DNA of 62,494 bases, the filler included, from Pirum gemmata (lineage: Eukaryota), in the NCBI GenBank assembly GCA_002812295.1. It is 27 parts of 27 records of this genome, joined end to end, with 100 filler letters (N's around TTAATTAATTAA, not from the genome) between each part and the next. Parts side by side here need not be neighbours in the genome. Positions count along the whole stretch, not along the records: positions 25,450 to 27,662 come from PDIN01007487.1; positions 27,763 to 30,034 come from PDIN01007488.1; positions 30,135 to 32,372 come from PDIN01007489.1; positions 32,473 to 34,730 come from PDIN01007490.1; positions 34,831 to 37,060 come from PDIN01007491.1; positions 37,161 to 39,417 come from PDIN01007492.1; positions 39,518 to 41,725 come from PDIN01007493.1; 20 more parts are not named here. One strand, given 5' to 3'. Under the pieces are notes generated by a model, which saw only the letters and a program-made list of their open reading frames with translations, did no database searches and had not been told where the DNA came from. The translations under genes and the position numbers were made by a program. Below, piece after piece: positions 26,388-39,586 of this stretch (positions are counted from its first letter, which is position 1; every line of letters begins with the position of its first letter).

Positions 26388-26566
26388 TAATTGTTATTTG
26401 TTATAATTTATTGAAAACTTCAATAATATGGATTGTTATTATTATTAATGTTATTATTAAAATCCATTGGATACTTCAATAATATGAATTATTATTACTA
26501 TTAATAGTAATAATTGTTTTTAGTTGTGTCAAGTTCAATAATAATCAGAGTATATTTCGTAACAAC

Positions 26567-26627
<61 letters not shown>

Positions 26628-26759
26628 TATTTATTATTGTTATTGATGTTGTTACTGTTATGGTTATCATTATATGATTATTGTCATTGTCATTGTCATT
26701 GACATTTGTTTTATTTTGTTATTCGTTGTTCGGTTTTGTTTTTGGTAATTGGTAATTTT

Positions 26760-27460
26760 TTTTTGTTGTTGTTATTGTTATTGTTATTGTTATTGTTAAT
26801 GTTACTGTTAATGTTATTGTTAATATTATTGTTACTGTTAATGATGATGTTATTGTAAATGTTAATGTTGTTGTTAATGTTAATGTCAATGTTATTGTTA
26901 TTGTTGTTATTGTTGTTATTGTTATTGTTATTGTTAATGTTATTGTTAATATTGTTAATGTTAATGTTATTGTTAATGTTATTGTTAATGTTATTGTTAA
27001 TGTTATTGCTAATGTTATTGCTAATGTTATTGTTAATGTTATTGTTATTGTTATTGTTATTGTTATTGTTATTGTTATTGTCATTGTTAATGCTATTGTT
27101 ATTGCTATTGTTATTGTTAATGTTATGGTTAATGTTATTGTTATTATTAATGTTAATGTTAATGTTATTTTTATTGTTATTGTTGATGTTAATGATATTG
27201 TTATTCTTATTGTTATTATTAATGTTATTGTTATTGTTACTGTTACTGTTAATGTTACTGTTAATGCTATTGTTATTGTTATTGTTATTGTTATTATAAA
27301 TGTTATTGTTAATGGTATTGTTAATGGTATTGTTAATGGTATTGTTAATGTTATTGATATTGATATTGATATTGTTATTGTTAATGTTAATGTTATTGTT
27401 AATGTTATCGTTAATGGTATTGTTATTGTTATTGTTATTGTTATTGTTGTTATTGTTAAT
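26760..27460. repeat. (TTATTG/TTAATG)n microsatellite
   Basis: Visible directly. Confidence 0.95.
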
Positions 27461-27467
27461 GGTACAG

Positions 27468-27614
27468 AGTAATGCTTTTGGGCAAAAACCTGGTAGATTT
27501 AACCCTATGTCAATGTCTATGAATTCTTCGTTTTATCAAAATCAATCATTTCAGCGAGCACCTGGTCCTTCTCCGTTTTCATCTGTTTACGAGCGTGTTG
27601 AAGGAGAAGACCAA
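27468..27614 (+). CDS. Internal exon of an unknown gene
   Basis: CAG|...|GTATTA, 147 nt, phase 0/0: SNAFGQKPGRFNPMSMSMNSSFYQNQSFQRAPGPSPFSSVYERVEGEDQ. Confidence 0.65.
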
Positions 27615-27784
27615 GTATTATTATTATTATTATTATTATTACTATTATTACTATTATTATTANNNNNNNNNNNNNNNNNNNNNNNNNNNNNNNNNNNNNN
27701 NNNNNNTTAATTAATTAANNNNNNNNNNNNNNNNNNNNNNNNNNNNNNNNNNNNNNNNNNNNATGACCAAGGGATCTCCAATTC

Positions 27785-27815
<31 letters not shown>

Positions 27816-28139
27816 GTTATTATTATTATTATTATTATCATTGTTAACGTTATAATAATAATTATTATTACTTATATTAATATTATTATAAGTTATTTTT
27901 ATATTATCAATACCTACTAGTATATAGAGTAGTAGTATTGATAGTAATGATAGGGGTTTTTACAATATTATTATATATGCATATGGTGATAGCAACTACA
28001 TGTACACCTTCAGATAGTAGTCATAGTATATATACGTAGTAGGAGTAGTGATATTTTTAGTAGTAGGGATAGTAGTAATAGTAGTAATGTATATGATACT
28101 TAATTAAGGGTAGTAGTAGTATATATAGTAATAGTATTA

Positions 28140-28146
28140 TAGTGGC

Positions 28147-28186
<40 letters not shown>

Positions 28187-28213
28187 CTAAGCAGCAGCAG
28201 TAGTAGTAGTAGC

Positions 28214-28280
<67 letters not shown>

Positions 28281-28385
28281 ATAGTAGTAGTAGTAGTAGT
28301 AGTAGTGGTAATAGTANNNNNNNNNNNNNNNNNNNNNNNNNNNNNNNNNNNNNNNNNNNNNNNNNNNNNNNNNNNNNNNNNCAGC

Positions 28386-28452
<67 letters not shown>

Positions 28453-28625
28453 ATAGTAGTAGTAGTAGTAGTAGTAGTGGTAATAGTAGTAGTAGTAGTA
28501 GTAGTAGTGGTAGTAGTAATTATAATAGGTAGGTGTTAATACTTGTTAGTGGTAGTAGTAGTAGTATTAATAACATACTTGCTAGCAATAATTAGTAGTA
28601 GGAGTAGGAGTAGTAGTAGTAGTGT
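28140..28625. repeat. (AGT)n microsatellite
   Basis: Visible directly; includes a scaffold gap. Confidence 0.95.
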
Positions 28626-29322
28626 AAATTGGAGTTGTTGTTTTCAAAAATAGGGGTAGTGCTTTTTGCTTTCTTTATTTATAAGATATCGTGCATTATT
28701 ATGATATATAAAAAATAAAAAAAACTATGATATTATCATAGATTCATATGATAGATAAAAAAATAAATATATACATTATTTGCTGACATTATTTGTATAA
28801 TCTACTAGCTACTAGCTAGCTAGCTCTAGCTAGCTAACTGGTACAAACAATTTAAAAAAAGTCCCACTTTTTTTTTTTTTATGTTCGAAAATTTCAAATC
28901 TATTAAAGACCTATTATAATACTTTTGTTCGAAAATTTTAAACATTCCAGTGAAACCCAAAAGTCATAGCTAGCAGTTAGCTAGCTAGCTAGTTCTACTA
29001 CTGGCTGAGTACTGGCTGCTACTACTAGCTAGCTAGCTACCTGCTACTGTAGCTGTAGCTAGGCCACGTAGGATTTCTTGCTTTCCTGTAGAGAGAGAAG
29101 TAATATGGTGAAAGATGACGTAATAGTTTTATAATACGTCATTTAGTGAGAGAAATTATATCATCCGTCAAAAATAAATGACGTAATAATTTTTTATAAT
29201 ACGTCATTTGTAAAATGACGTAAATAACGTAGACTTTAATGACGTAATATTATATATTGCTAGCTAGCTAGCTAGCAGAAGTCGTTTTTCTATGATACTG
29301 TTTTTCTATACTGTTTTTCTCC

Positions 29323-29387
<65 letters not shown>

Positions 29388-29628
29388 TACATTTTTTTTT
29401 TTTTTTATATAATCAATTTTTTTTTTTTTTTCCTTTTTTTTTCTAAATATGTAAATATGTAATTTAAAGTGTATTTTAATTGGTTTGCTCTGGTTGACTA
29501 TGCCTTGACTATTAGTTGACTATGCTAAGGTTGACTAGAGCTAGAAGGTCTGTGACCCGTCTGTCTAGCTAGCTAGAAGCTAGGTCTCTAGCTAGACTCT
29601 ACTAGCTAGCTAGCTAGAAGGTTGACTA

Positions 29629-29845
29629 TCTCCCAATTCTGCTCTGTTTTAAAAATCGAGCTTTCAAGCCTATGCATTAATTAATAAGTTCGAAAATTTA
29701 AGCTAACAATTAAGTATTCGAGTATATTTATTTATTTATAAACCCGAAAAAATGGAAAAATAATTTTCGAACAGGGCTGAATTTCGGCTTTTTTTTTTCG
29801 ACAGCAGAAATTCGGGTTTTCAGGCTCGGGCAGAATTGGGGAGAC
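29629..29845. mobile_element. MITE family E (~215 bp, TIR TCTCCCAATTCTGC)
   Basis: Complete copy here, tandem copies at 21158-21374 and 21388-21594, and an interrupted inverted copy at 54448-55035. Confidence 0.88.
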
Positions 29846-30757
29846 TTACACTTCCCTGTTCAGCTTCTTCCCTACAATTCAAAACAAATATGGAGATAAA
29901 GTTAGTGTAGTTCAACCATATTCACCATAAAAAGTAAAGTATAGCTTATATATGGAAGTTTATTGGTTCTTTTTTTTAATAAAGAAAAGAAAAAAAAAAA
30001 AAGCACTTGAGAAAATGGGAAAAAACAAGAACAANNNNNNNNNNNNNNNNNNNNNNNNNNNNNNNNNNNNNNNNNNNNTTAATTAATTAANNNNNNNNNN
30101 NNNNNNNNNNNNNNNNNNNNNNNNNNNNNNNNNNATAATAATAATAATAATAAACGAACAAACAAAAAAATAGAAAAACATGAACCCCAGAGTAGACAGG
30201 TATTTATTTTGTCACTGAATATTTATTTGGTGGGTTACAATCTTTAAATTGACATTTTTAAATAAATATATAGATAATAAAATAAACCAAATTAAATTAA
30301 ATGGGTTTATATTATATTTAATTTGGTACTATTTATTGTATATTTTATGAAAAGTCTTCTGGAAGTTCCAGTGGCCTAGTTACTAGTCTATCTAGCTAGC
30401 TAGTAGATTCTATCGCTAGGATTCTAGCTAGCTATTCTATCGTATAGACGTCTATGCATAATATTATAATAAAAAAAAAATTATATAAAAAAAACATAAA
30501 AATAAAGAATAAACAAAGTATAAACAACACCAACCCAACAGCAAAACAAGTATTTATTAGTAGGGGTGAGATATCTACTGGAACTTTTTTCGAGCAGATG
30601 CTTATCGAGCCAACCTTAGTTCCTTGTTCTTTACTAATAATAGCAGTTAAATAGCTTAAAATAGTAAATCTATTATAATAGATACCAATTTAAAGTAATA
30701 ACCAACACACAACACACAATTCCCAAAACACACTACAACACGTTAATAATATTTAAA

Positions 30758-31337
30758 ATGAATCCAATTGACATTATTTGTGGTTACCAAGGTTCCAATC
30801 ATTTTTTATGTATTTTTGTACCTCGGGGTGGTGGATATTTAATAAAAAATAAGCGAGATTCCTCCTCTGGTTTGTCACAAACGATTTCATCATTTATGTT
30901 TGACTTGCATAGAGCTTGTGATGTCATATTACACACTTTTTTTGTTTGGTTTTGGATAAATAATTCCCGGGGCTCAATGGTCCTTCAATTGCTTTGTTGT
31001 TGCCATGTATTTTCTATAATATCCCATTGTGCAAGGTAAACTAATTTTAAACATTTCTTTTAAATTCAGTGTGTGCCTGTGTTTGATAAGAATAAGAATA
31101 AGAATAAGAATAAGAATAAGAATAAGAATAAGAATAAGAATAAGAATAAGAATAAGAAATGAAAATAAGACTAAGACTAAGAATAAGAATAAGAATAAGA
31201 ATAAGAATAATAATAAAAATAAGATTAAGAAATAAGAAATAAGAAATTAGAATTAGAATAAGAATAAGAATTAGAATTATAAGAATAAGAATAAGAATAA
31301 TAAGAACCAATGCAATAAACAGCCCTAAGAAGAAGAA

Positions 31338-31379
<42 letters not shown>

Positions 31380-31738
31380 GAAATAAGAAATAAGAAATAA
31401 GAATAAGAAATAAGAATAAGAATAAGAATAAGAATAAGAGTAAGAATAAGATAAGAATATAATGATAACTACAATAAACAATACATAATAAATATATAGT
31501 TAGTTTTACTTTATTTGACTGCTACCTTTTGTGTTGCCTGTGTTATTATCATAGGTACTTAGATAGGCCTGTTTCGTTTTATGAAGATATCAAAATTTTT
31601 AACACTTACAGACTGGAACATTATGTGGATTGTTGTGCCCATGGTTTGTCAATGCTATTGTACTTAGGGTGGCAAACATCTTTTTTCTCTATTACAATGC
31701 AAATTGTATTCCGATGGCTTATATCACACATTGGTTGA
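30758..31738 (+). CDS. Putative two-exon hydrophobic (membrane) protein of ~153 aa; exons 30758-31035 and 31555-31738
   Basis: The donor AG|GTAAAC and acceptor CATAG|G join in frame (SHCAR-YLDRP), and the intron is mostly (AATAAG)n. An alternative frame ending at the GTAAGT donor at 31740 cannot be excluded. Confidence 0.5.
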
Positions 31739-32969
31739 AGTAAGTGTAATAAAGTATATATTTTTATAATAGTTACTATTTTTTTAATATTAGTGTGTTT
31801 ATTATAATATTATGTTGGTTGATTATTGGTTTGGTTTTCTTATTTCTGTTGACCCAACTCCCATATAATGTAATGTTATCAAGGTTGTCATACAAAGACA
31901 TTACTATAACTTATTAATCTCTTCATTGCTAAAGTTATTAGTTATGTTGTTAACTTATTAATCTCTTCATTGCTAAAGTTATTAGTTATGTTGTTTTTTG
32001 GGTTAGGGTTTGCGTTACAGTTAGGGCTAAGGTTGGGGTTGGGGTTGGGGTTGGGCCAAAACGACTGTTGTTAATAATATTATCGTAATTATTGCATTCC
32101 TTCGTATCACTATCCTGTAATTGTTATTGTTGTTGTTATTGTACTAATTAATTGGACTAGTACTACTTTTTATTATATTGCTATTACTATTGTAATTATA
32201 GTGATTTGGGCAGATTATAAGTATTATAATTATGATTATTAGTGCTATAATTATGATTATAATTATGACATCCTAATATATATATATATATATGTATGTA
32301 TGTATGTATATGTATATGTATATGTATATGCATATGTATATGTATATATATGTATATGTAAACACACACACANNNNNNNNNNNNNNNNNNNNNNNNNNNN
32401 NNNNNNNNNNNNNNNNTTAATTAATTAANNNNNNNNNNNNNNNNNNNNNNNNNNNNNNNNNNNNNNNNNNNNTTAGGCTTAGCGTTAGCGTTAGCGTTAG
32501 GGTTAGCGTTAGCGTTAGCGTTAGGGTTAGCGTTAGCGTTAGGGTTAGGGTTAGCGTTAGGGTTAGGGTTAGCGGTAGGGTTAGCGTTAGCGTTAGCGTT
32601 AGCGTTAGCGTTAGCGTTAGCGTTAGCGTTAGCGTTAGGGTCAGGGTTAGGATTAGGGTTAGGGTTAACATTGGGGTTAGGGTTAACATTAGGGTTAGGG
32701 TTAACATTAAGGTTAGGGTTAACATTAGGGTTAGGGTTAACATTAGGGTTAGGGTTAGGGTTAGGGTTAACATTAGGGTTAGGATTAGGGTTAGGGTTAA
32801 CATTAGGGTTAGGATTAGGGTTAGGGTTAACATTAGGGTTAGTGTTAGGGTTAGGGTTAGGGTTAGGGTTAACATTAAGGTTAGGGATAACAACACGGTT
32901 AGGGTTAACATTAAGGTTAGGGATAACATCAGGGTTAGGGTTAGGGTTAGGGTTAGGATAAAATTTAAC

Positions 32970-33156
32970 CTTCTGCACTTTTTATACTATAGCCACCACC
33001 ACCATCTCTTCGAATAGTACGCTCAATGATAATTGAATCCCCTAAACAAACATGGAAACATGAACAACAAAAACCATAAATTACAATTACAATTAGAATT
33101 AATAATTATAAACTTACGCATAATCAAAATCCAAAATAACTATCAAAATCTTACTA

Positions 33157-33188
<32 letters not shown>

Positions 33189-33962
33189 TACTTAATATTC
33201 AGAATAATCATAATCATAATTATAATCATATTCATAAGTATAAGCATAAACATAAGCCTAATCAAAATCATAATTATTATAACAATAATCACATTAAATA
33301 ATATAATAATAATTGTCAAATCCTTTGAAAAATCGAGAATCAAGATACAAATAAAATATAAGGAAAAATAAAAATATTAGCATAAATAGTAAATCAAATA
33401 TTATTAAAAATTGAGAAAAAAGCAGACGGTGGAAAGAAAAACAAGTAGATAACGAAAACGTAAAAGACATTTAAAATGGGGTTAGGGTAAGGGTTAGGGT
33501 TAGGGTTTAAAATAATCAAAACCGTATTTTTCACGATTATAAGCATCAACTCCCTGATTCTTAAGCTTTACAGAAATTTTCGCAGCCCTATCAATCAAAT
33601 TTAAAAATAATAATTATATAAGTTAGGGTTGGCGCTTAAGGTTAAGGTTACGTAGGGTTATTGTTAGGAGTTAGGGTTAGGGTTAGGGTTAGGGTTAGGG
33701 GTTATGGTTAGGGGTTAGGGGTTAGGGGTTTGGGTTAGGGTTAGAGGTTAGGATTAGGGTTAGGGTTAGGGGTTAGGGTTAGGGTTAGGGGTTAGGGTTA
33801 TTGTTAGGGGTAGGGTTAGGGTTAGGGTTAGTATGTCGGTCTTTCGGTCCATTTTTATAAGAAATAATAAACAAATAACAAATATAATTGTGTTAGGGTT
33901 AGGGTTAGTCCATTTTTATATACATTAATAAAGAAATAACAAACATAATTAAATTAAATCAA

Positions 33963-33998
<36 letters not shown>

Positions 33999-34171
33999 AA
34001 AAATAAAAATGTAAAGAACAATGAAAATAAACAATATAAACACAGACAAACGAAACGAAACATACGGCCTGCCGTTCTTAATGAAATCTTTTATACTTTG
34101 GCCTCTGTCAGTTGCATTTGCTTTTCCCCCCAAACACAAAGTCAATCCTGTTAAAATAGCACTTTTTCCAC
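32970..34171 (-). CDS. SMC6: SMC6 N-terminal ATPase head; exons 34066-34171, 33523-33587 and 32970-33041
   Basis: Phase-consistent GT-AG splicing gives [82 protein letters not shown]. This contains the Walker A end and the SMC6-type LGGKA..T.RG and N.G.DA....YG.SI motifs. Confidence 0.93.
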
Positions 34172-35979
34172 CTTCACATTACACAAAATCAATAACCGAC
34201 AATGGAAAAAAATGTAATAATGTAAATAAATTACTAACTACAAATCATAATAATAGCATAATAAAAAAGTAAACATTTTCCGTTTTATTTCTCTGATATC
34301 ATGTCTTTTTTTAATTATATTATTATATGATCACTTATCATCAATTGTTTATTTACATATTTTTCGTGTAACAATGTAATAATGTAAATAAATTACTAAC
34401 TAAAAATCATAATAATACCATAATAAAAAAGTAAACCTTTTCCTTTTTATTTCTCTGATATCATGTCTTTTTTAATTATATTATTATATGATCACTTATC
34501 ATCAATTGTTTATTTACATATTTGTCGTGTAACAAAAATAAATGAAAATAATTAAGTCAAAGACAACATAGTACAATAATAAAAAAGATGTAAAGCTAAC
34601 GTAGGGGAATTTAATAACCCTATACTGGCAACGTTGGTAACAAGATTACAATAGTACTAGGGTAAGGGTTAGGGTTAGGGTTAGGGTTAGGGTTAGGGTT
34701 GAGGTTAGGGTTAGGGTTAGGGTTGGGGTTNNNNNNNNNNNNNNNNNNNNNNNNNNNNNNNNNNNNNNNNNNNNTTAATTAATTAANNNNNNNNNNNNNN
34801 NNNNNNNNNNNNNNNNNNNNNNNNNNNNNNCTTTTAAATAAATAAATATATAATAAAATGTACCAAATTAAATTAAATTGATTTATATTGTATTAATTTG
34901 GTACTCTTTTATTGTATACTTTATAATGACAAAACAATTGAAAAGCACTATCGAATCTTTCTGTTTACTTGACTGTTACTTGTTTAGATTTTTTATTATT
35001 TTAAAAATTTTATTTATTATAAATAATATAGTAACTTTACTCGAAATGTTTCGCTGATTTCGCTTTTAATTAATCTAGCTAGCTAGCTACCAGCTAGTAG
35101 CTAGAAACTTGGTACTGGCTAGGTACTACTAGCTAAACTTCTATGGTGCAGTACGCCTAACATTCACCAACTTTTGAAAAGTGACCAATTTTTTTCTGGA
35201 AGCTCGAATATTTCGAACATACTAAATTTATGAATTCGAAATAGAATATTATTATTATTATGTCCCAAAAAGTTGGGGATTCTTAGACGCAATGCACCAT
35301 ACTGTGGCAGGACTTTTCTAGCAGGACTTTTATTAGTCTATTTATCAAAATGATTGGATTAAGCTTGTGATTGGTTCTAGATGGTTGGTTGTTGAGTCCT
35401 AGCTAGTAGCTACTATACTAGCTAGCTAGCTAGCTACTACTAGAGCCTAGCTAGAGTAGCTAGCCAGCCAGGTCTACAATCGACTTAGTCTATCGTAGTT
35501 TGAGGTTAGGGTTAGGAACTTAGGATTGGGATTAGGGTTAGGGTTAGGGTTAGGGTTAGGGTTAGGGTTAGGGTTAGGGCCTAGGGTTAGGGTTAGGGTT
35601 AGGGTTAGGGTTAGGCGGTAGTCTACTAACTATAGCTAGAGAGTAGACCTAGCTAGCTAGACAGGGGGTTAAAATTAGGGTTTAGAGGCCCTTTAGTAGG
35701 GTTTGATAGGGTGCTAGCTAGCTAGAGGGTTTAGGCCCTTTAGAGGGTTAGGGCTGGGGTTAGGGTGCTATCATAGCTAGCTAGCTAGCTAGCTATGATA
35801 GAGGTCTAGCTAGCTAGTAGGGTTTTAATTAATTAAAGCTTGGAGTGAGTTGTTTATCATAGTCTCTTGTGTTGGTGCAACTTGGTGGCCCCCTAGGCTA
35901 GCTAGTGGTGGCCCCGTGGTTGGTCTACATCATAGCTAGCTAGTCTAATTAGGTCTACTATGATAGCTAGCTAGCTAGT

Positions 35980-36260
35980 AGTAGTAGAGCAGTTGAGTTT
36001 GCAATCAGAAAGTCTGGGTGGGTTCGATTCCTTCGATTCCTCGACTACGAGTATACGTTACAATCGAGCAAGCCTCGCTGAACAGCGCTAAACACTGATG
36101 TCGAGTAAGCCTTGCTAAAAATTTCATTTGGTTATCATCGACGATTCATCGTTAGTTCAAAGGAGGGAAGGTAAGTGGCAACGTCACTACTAGGTCGGAT
36201 TGCATGAGCCCTTCGATCTGAACATCTTCAACTCGATACCATTAGAAAGAGAAACTAGAC
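35980..36260 (+). mobile_element. tRNA-derived SINE-like element
   Basis: Head GTAGAGCAGTTGAGTTTGCAATCAG...GGTTCGATTCC, with a tRNA-like anticodon arm and a Pol III B-box at 36021-36031. The 3' body ending AAAGAGAAACTAG recurs, diverged and inverted, at 3757-3900 and 54381-54426. Confidence 0.6.
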
Positions 36261-37160
36261 CTTATTCAATATTAAAATAATAATATGATAATAAAAAGTA
36301 GTATAATATGATAATAAAAAGTATGATAGTAGATTGTTAATTAATTAATTAACTGACTAACTATGATACTACTAGTAGCTATCTAGTAACTTCTAGCTAG
36401 CTAGCTAGCTAGTAGCTAACTGAGCAAATTCGCTATTAGCTAGCTCTAGCTAGATGGGCTAAAATTCTAGGGGCTAAATAATTGGAGAAGTAAATTGGAG
36501 GCACATGTCCAAAAAAAATCCAAAAAAGGCAAGGACTTTTTTTTGGGTCCCTTTCCTTAGTTTCCTAACAGTTTCCTCTTTCCTTAGTACCACCAGTAGT
36601 CTAGCTAGCTAGCACCAGTAGTAGCTAGCTACAGTCTACAGTCTAGCTACACTTCTAGCTACATGCCAAAAAATTTTTTTTTGGCTCGAAAAAAAAAAGT
36701 CTGTTCTCGGCAAGTGACTTTTTGACTCTTTTTCTTGGAAGGAGCCCGAAGGACTTCAAAAAAAAAGACTTTTTTTTCGAAGTCCTAAAAATAAATAATA
36801 TCATATTAATAATAATAAATCTACGTCATTTTCAAAATATTGACGTAACCACTAATTGATATTTGTTGAAAGGGCCAAGTAAAAAAAACCCTACCTACGG
36901 TTCTACACCCAAAATTATATATAGATTTTGTCGTGGGTTTTTTATCACTTTTTTATACGTCATCCAAGCGTCATCATTTGCCCTTTTCTAGCTTTTCAAT
37001 CGTTACGTCATATCAAATGCATTTATTATAAATTATTTTAGTCTTCTTGGAGGGGGATAANNNNNNNNNNNNNNNNNNNNNNNNNNNNNNNNNNNNNNNN
37101 NNNNTTAATTAATTAANNNNNNNNNNNNNNNNNNNNNNNNNNNNNNNNNNNNNNNNNNNN

Positions 37161-37611
37161 CTGTAAGCTTAACGGATGTGTTAGACACTAATACCTTTCA
37201 CATATTTGCAGATCAATTCGCTTCTATTCTTGGTTATTATTATTATTTATTATTATCAGAGGTGACTATGATGTCATTTTCATGTTTTCTCGAAAAGCTC
37301 GTAATTGTTAATATTTTTTTCAAGCGAGCCATATGAATTTTTGAAAAATATCGAAAAAAAATCATGGTTGTAAAAATAGACTCAAGATCTTGTTTCTATA
37401 ATAATATTTTTTAAAATATCAACTATATAATTTTTTATACGACTATAATATAATATAAAATCTTTATATAAATTGACGTAGTTTCAAACAATTTTTAATA
37501 AGAATATATATTATGTGGTTTAATCAATACATAATATATAGTGGTAATACGATATACAGTTTTCTTTGTACAGCTAGTTGTCTCAGACTTTTAGGGAGCT
37601 CTTTCTCTTGA
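37161..37611 (+). CDS. 3' end of an unknown gene; exons <37161-37232 and 37574-37611
   Basis: A phase-consistent join gives VSLTDVLDTNTFHIFADQFASILASCLRLLGSSFS*. Confidence 0.5.
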
Positions 37612-38061
37612 CGTCGGCTAGCTTCTGGGGACTGACCGATACCAACTGTGTCACAGCCACCCGTATCACAATCATACAGAACACTGAAGTTGAACAATTC
37701 ATGTATACACTTAGCTTAAAGATTTCTCTCATATAGTTTATCGATATCATTATCAATATATATGTACCAAAATCCATAAATAAGAATGCCAGATGACTTA
37801 AAGGCGTTTACATATACATGGATCCACATGAGCTTTTCTGCTGAAATTGAACAATTCATGTATACACTTTAGCTTAAAGATTTCTTGTGAGCTTTTCGGC
37901 ATTTAAATTATATATATCTGCTCAAGGGACTGATTATTTATAGACCTCGACACTAGCTAGGTACTAGCTAGGGCTAGCTACTACTAGCTAGTATTGGTAG
38001 AGTATGACCTCAATAGACCATTATATATATTTATAACTGACAATCGAATTTATGTATTTTA

Positions 38062-39353
38062 CTAACCCGAAGTCATACCGTTTTTCTGAAACTTGACGGT
38101 GGTATGTAGATTAACCTGAATTTTGGTTTGGTGTTTGGTTGTTAGTTTGGAACCGTTAGTAATTATGTAAATACCAAGCAGAGAATAATAAGATCAACAA
38201 AAACAACAACATCAACGACAAACAACACCGACAAACATTGGATATGTTAATGGTAATAATGAATTGAGATCAGTAGTAAGAGAGGTACAACAGTAACAAC
38301 AACCACAACCACAACAACAATAAATAGCAATAGTGATAACAATAAACATAACCATAACCATAAACATAGCCATAACCATAACCATAACCATAACCATAAC
38401 CATAACCATAACCGTAACCATGACTATAACCATAACCATGACTATAACCATAACCATAAAAACAATCATAATCATAATCATAATCATAATCATAACCATA
38501 ACCATAGCCATACCCACAGCCATACTCATATCCATACCCATTTCATACCAATATTAATAAAAATAAACATAACCATAATCATAATCGAAACCATAACCAT
38601 AACCATAACCATAACCATAACCATAACCATAACCATAACCATAGTCATAAACCTAGCCTTGACCATAACCATAACCATAACCATAACCATAACCATAACC
38701 ATAACCCTGCCTAAAACCATACCAATACATACCAATACAAAAAATAAAAATAAAAATAAAAATAAAAATAAAATAACAATAAACAATAAAAATCTGTACT
38801 TACATTACACTTGTATACTTGACTTAACGCTTCTTCAACCCACGTGTTGAGGGACTGTATACCACTACCACCACTTCCAATTAATATTTTCTATACGTGT
38901 TGTATAGGTTAGTATTAGGGGTATACTGGTCAAAGGTTGGGTTAGGGTTAGGGTTAGGGCTAAGGCTGGGTTATGATTAGGGTTTGGGTTAGGGTTAGGG
39001 TAAGGGTTAGGGTTAAGGTAAGGGTTAGGGTTAAAGTAAGGGTCAGGGTTAAGGTAAATGTTAGGGTTAAGGTTAAGGTTAGGGTTAAGGTTAGGGTTAG
39101 AGATAGGGTTGAAAAAAATATGAAAACAAGAAAACGAAACAGAAAATATTAATAATAAATTATAATTATTAAAAATTTAATAAAAAAATTTAATAACAAT
39201 GCTAATAATAACAATTACTTCAATAATAATGTCAATAATATAATAATAATAAATCTAAATGTTATTTACCATTCTCGCCCGTTTGTCTGTTTTCAAAGTG
39301 CATTTTATTTCCATTAAATCCTCAGATTGGTTATATGTATAGGTTATATCTTC
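38062..39353 (-). CDS. ERAL1: C-terminal type II KH domain of an Era-like GTPase; exons 39270-39353, 38804-38890 and 38062-38115
   Basis: Three phase-0 exons give EDITYTYNQSEDLMEIKCTLKTDKRARM-KILIGSGGSGIQSLNTWVEEALSQVYKCN-VNLHTTVKFQKNGMTSG*. This matches the Era/ERAL1 pattern K.lIG..G..I...l...f.c.V.l...VK. Confidence 0.8.
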
Positions 39354-39355
39354 CT

Positions 39356-39399
<44 letters not shown>

Positions 39400-39586
39400 G
39401 TGATTATTATTATTATTNNNNNNNNNNNNNNNNNNNNNNNNNNNNNNNNNNNNNNNNNNNNTTAATTAATTAANNNNNNNNNNNNNNNNNNNNNNNNNNN
39501 NNNNNNNNNNNNNNNNNTTATCATTATCATTATCATTATCATTATCATTACAAATCATTATTAACATTTAATTTCATAATTATCAG

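Noticed and set aside
35980..36045. Functional tRNA gene
   Set aside because: No acceptor stem or intact D-arm can be formed, the T-loop motif is duplicated, and it continues into a dispersed repeat body.
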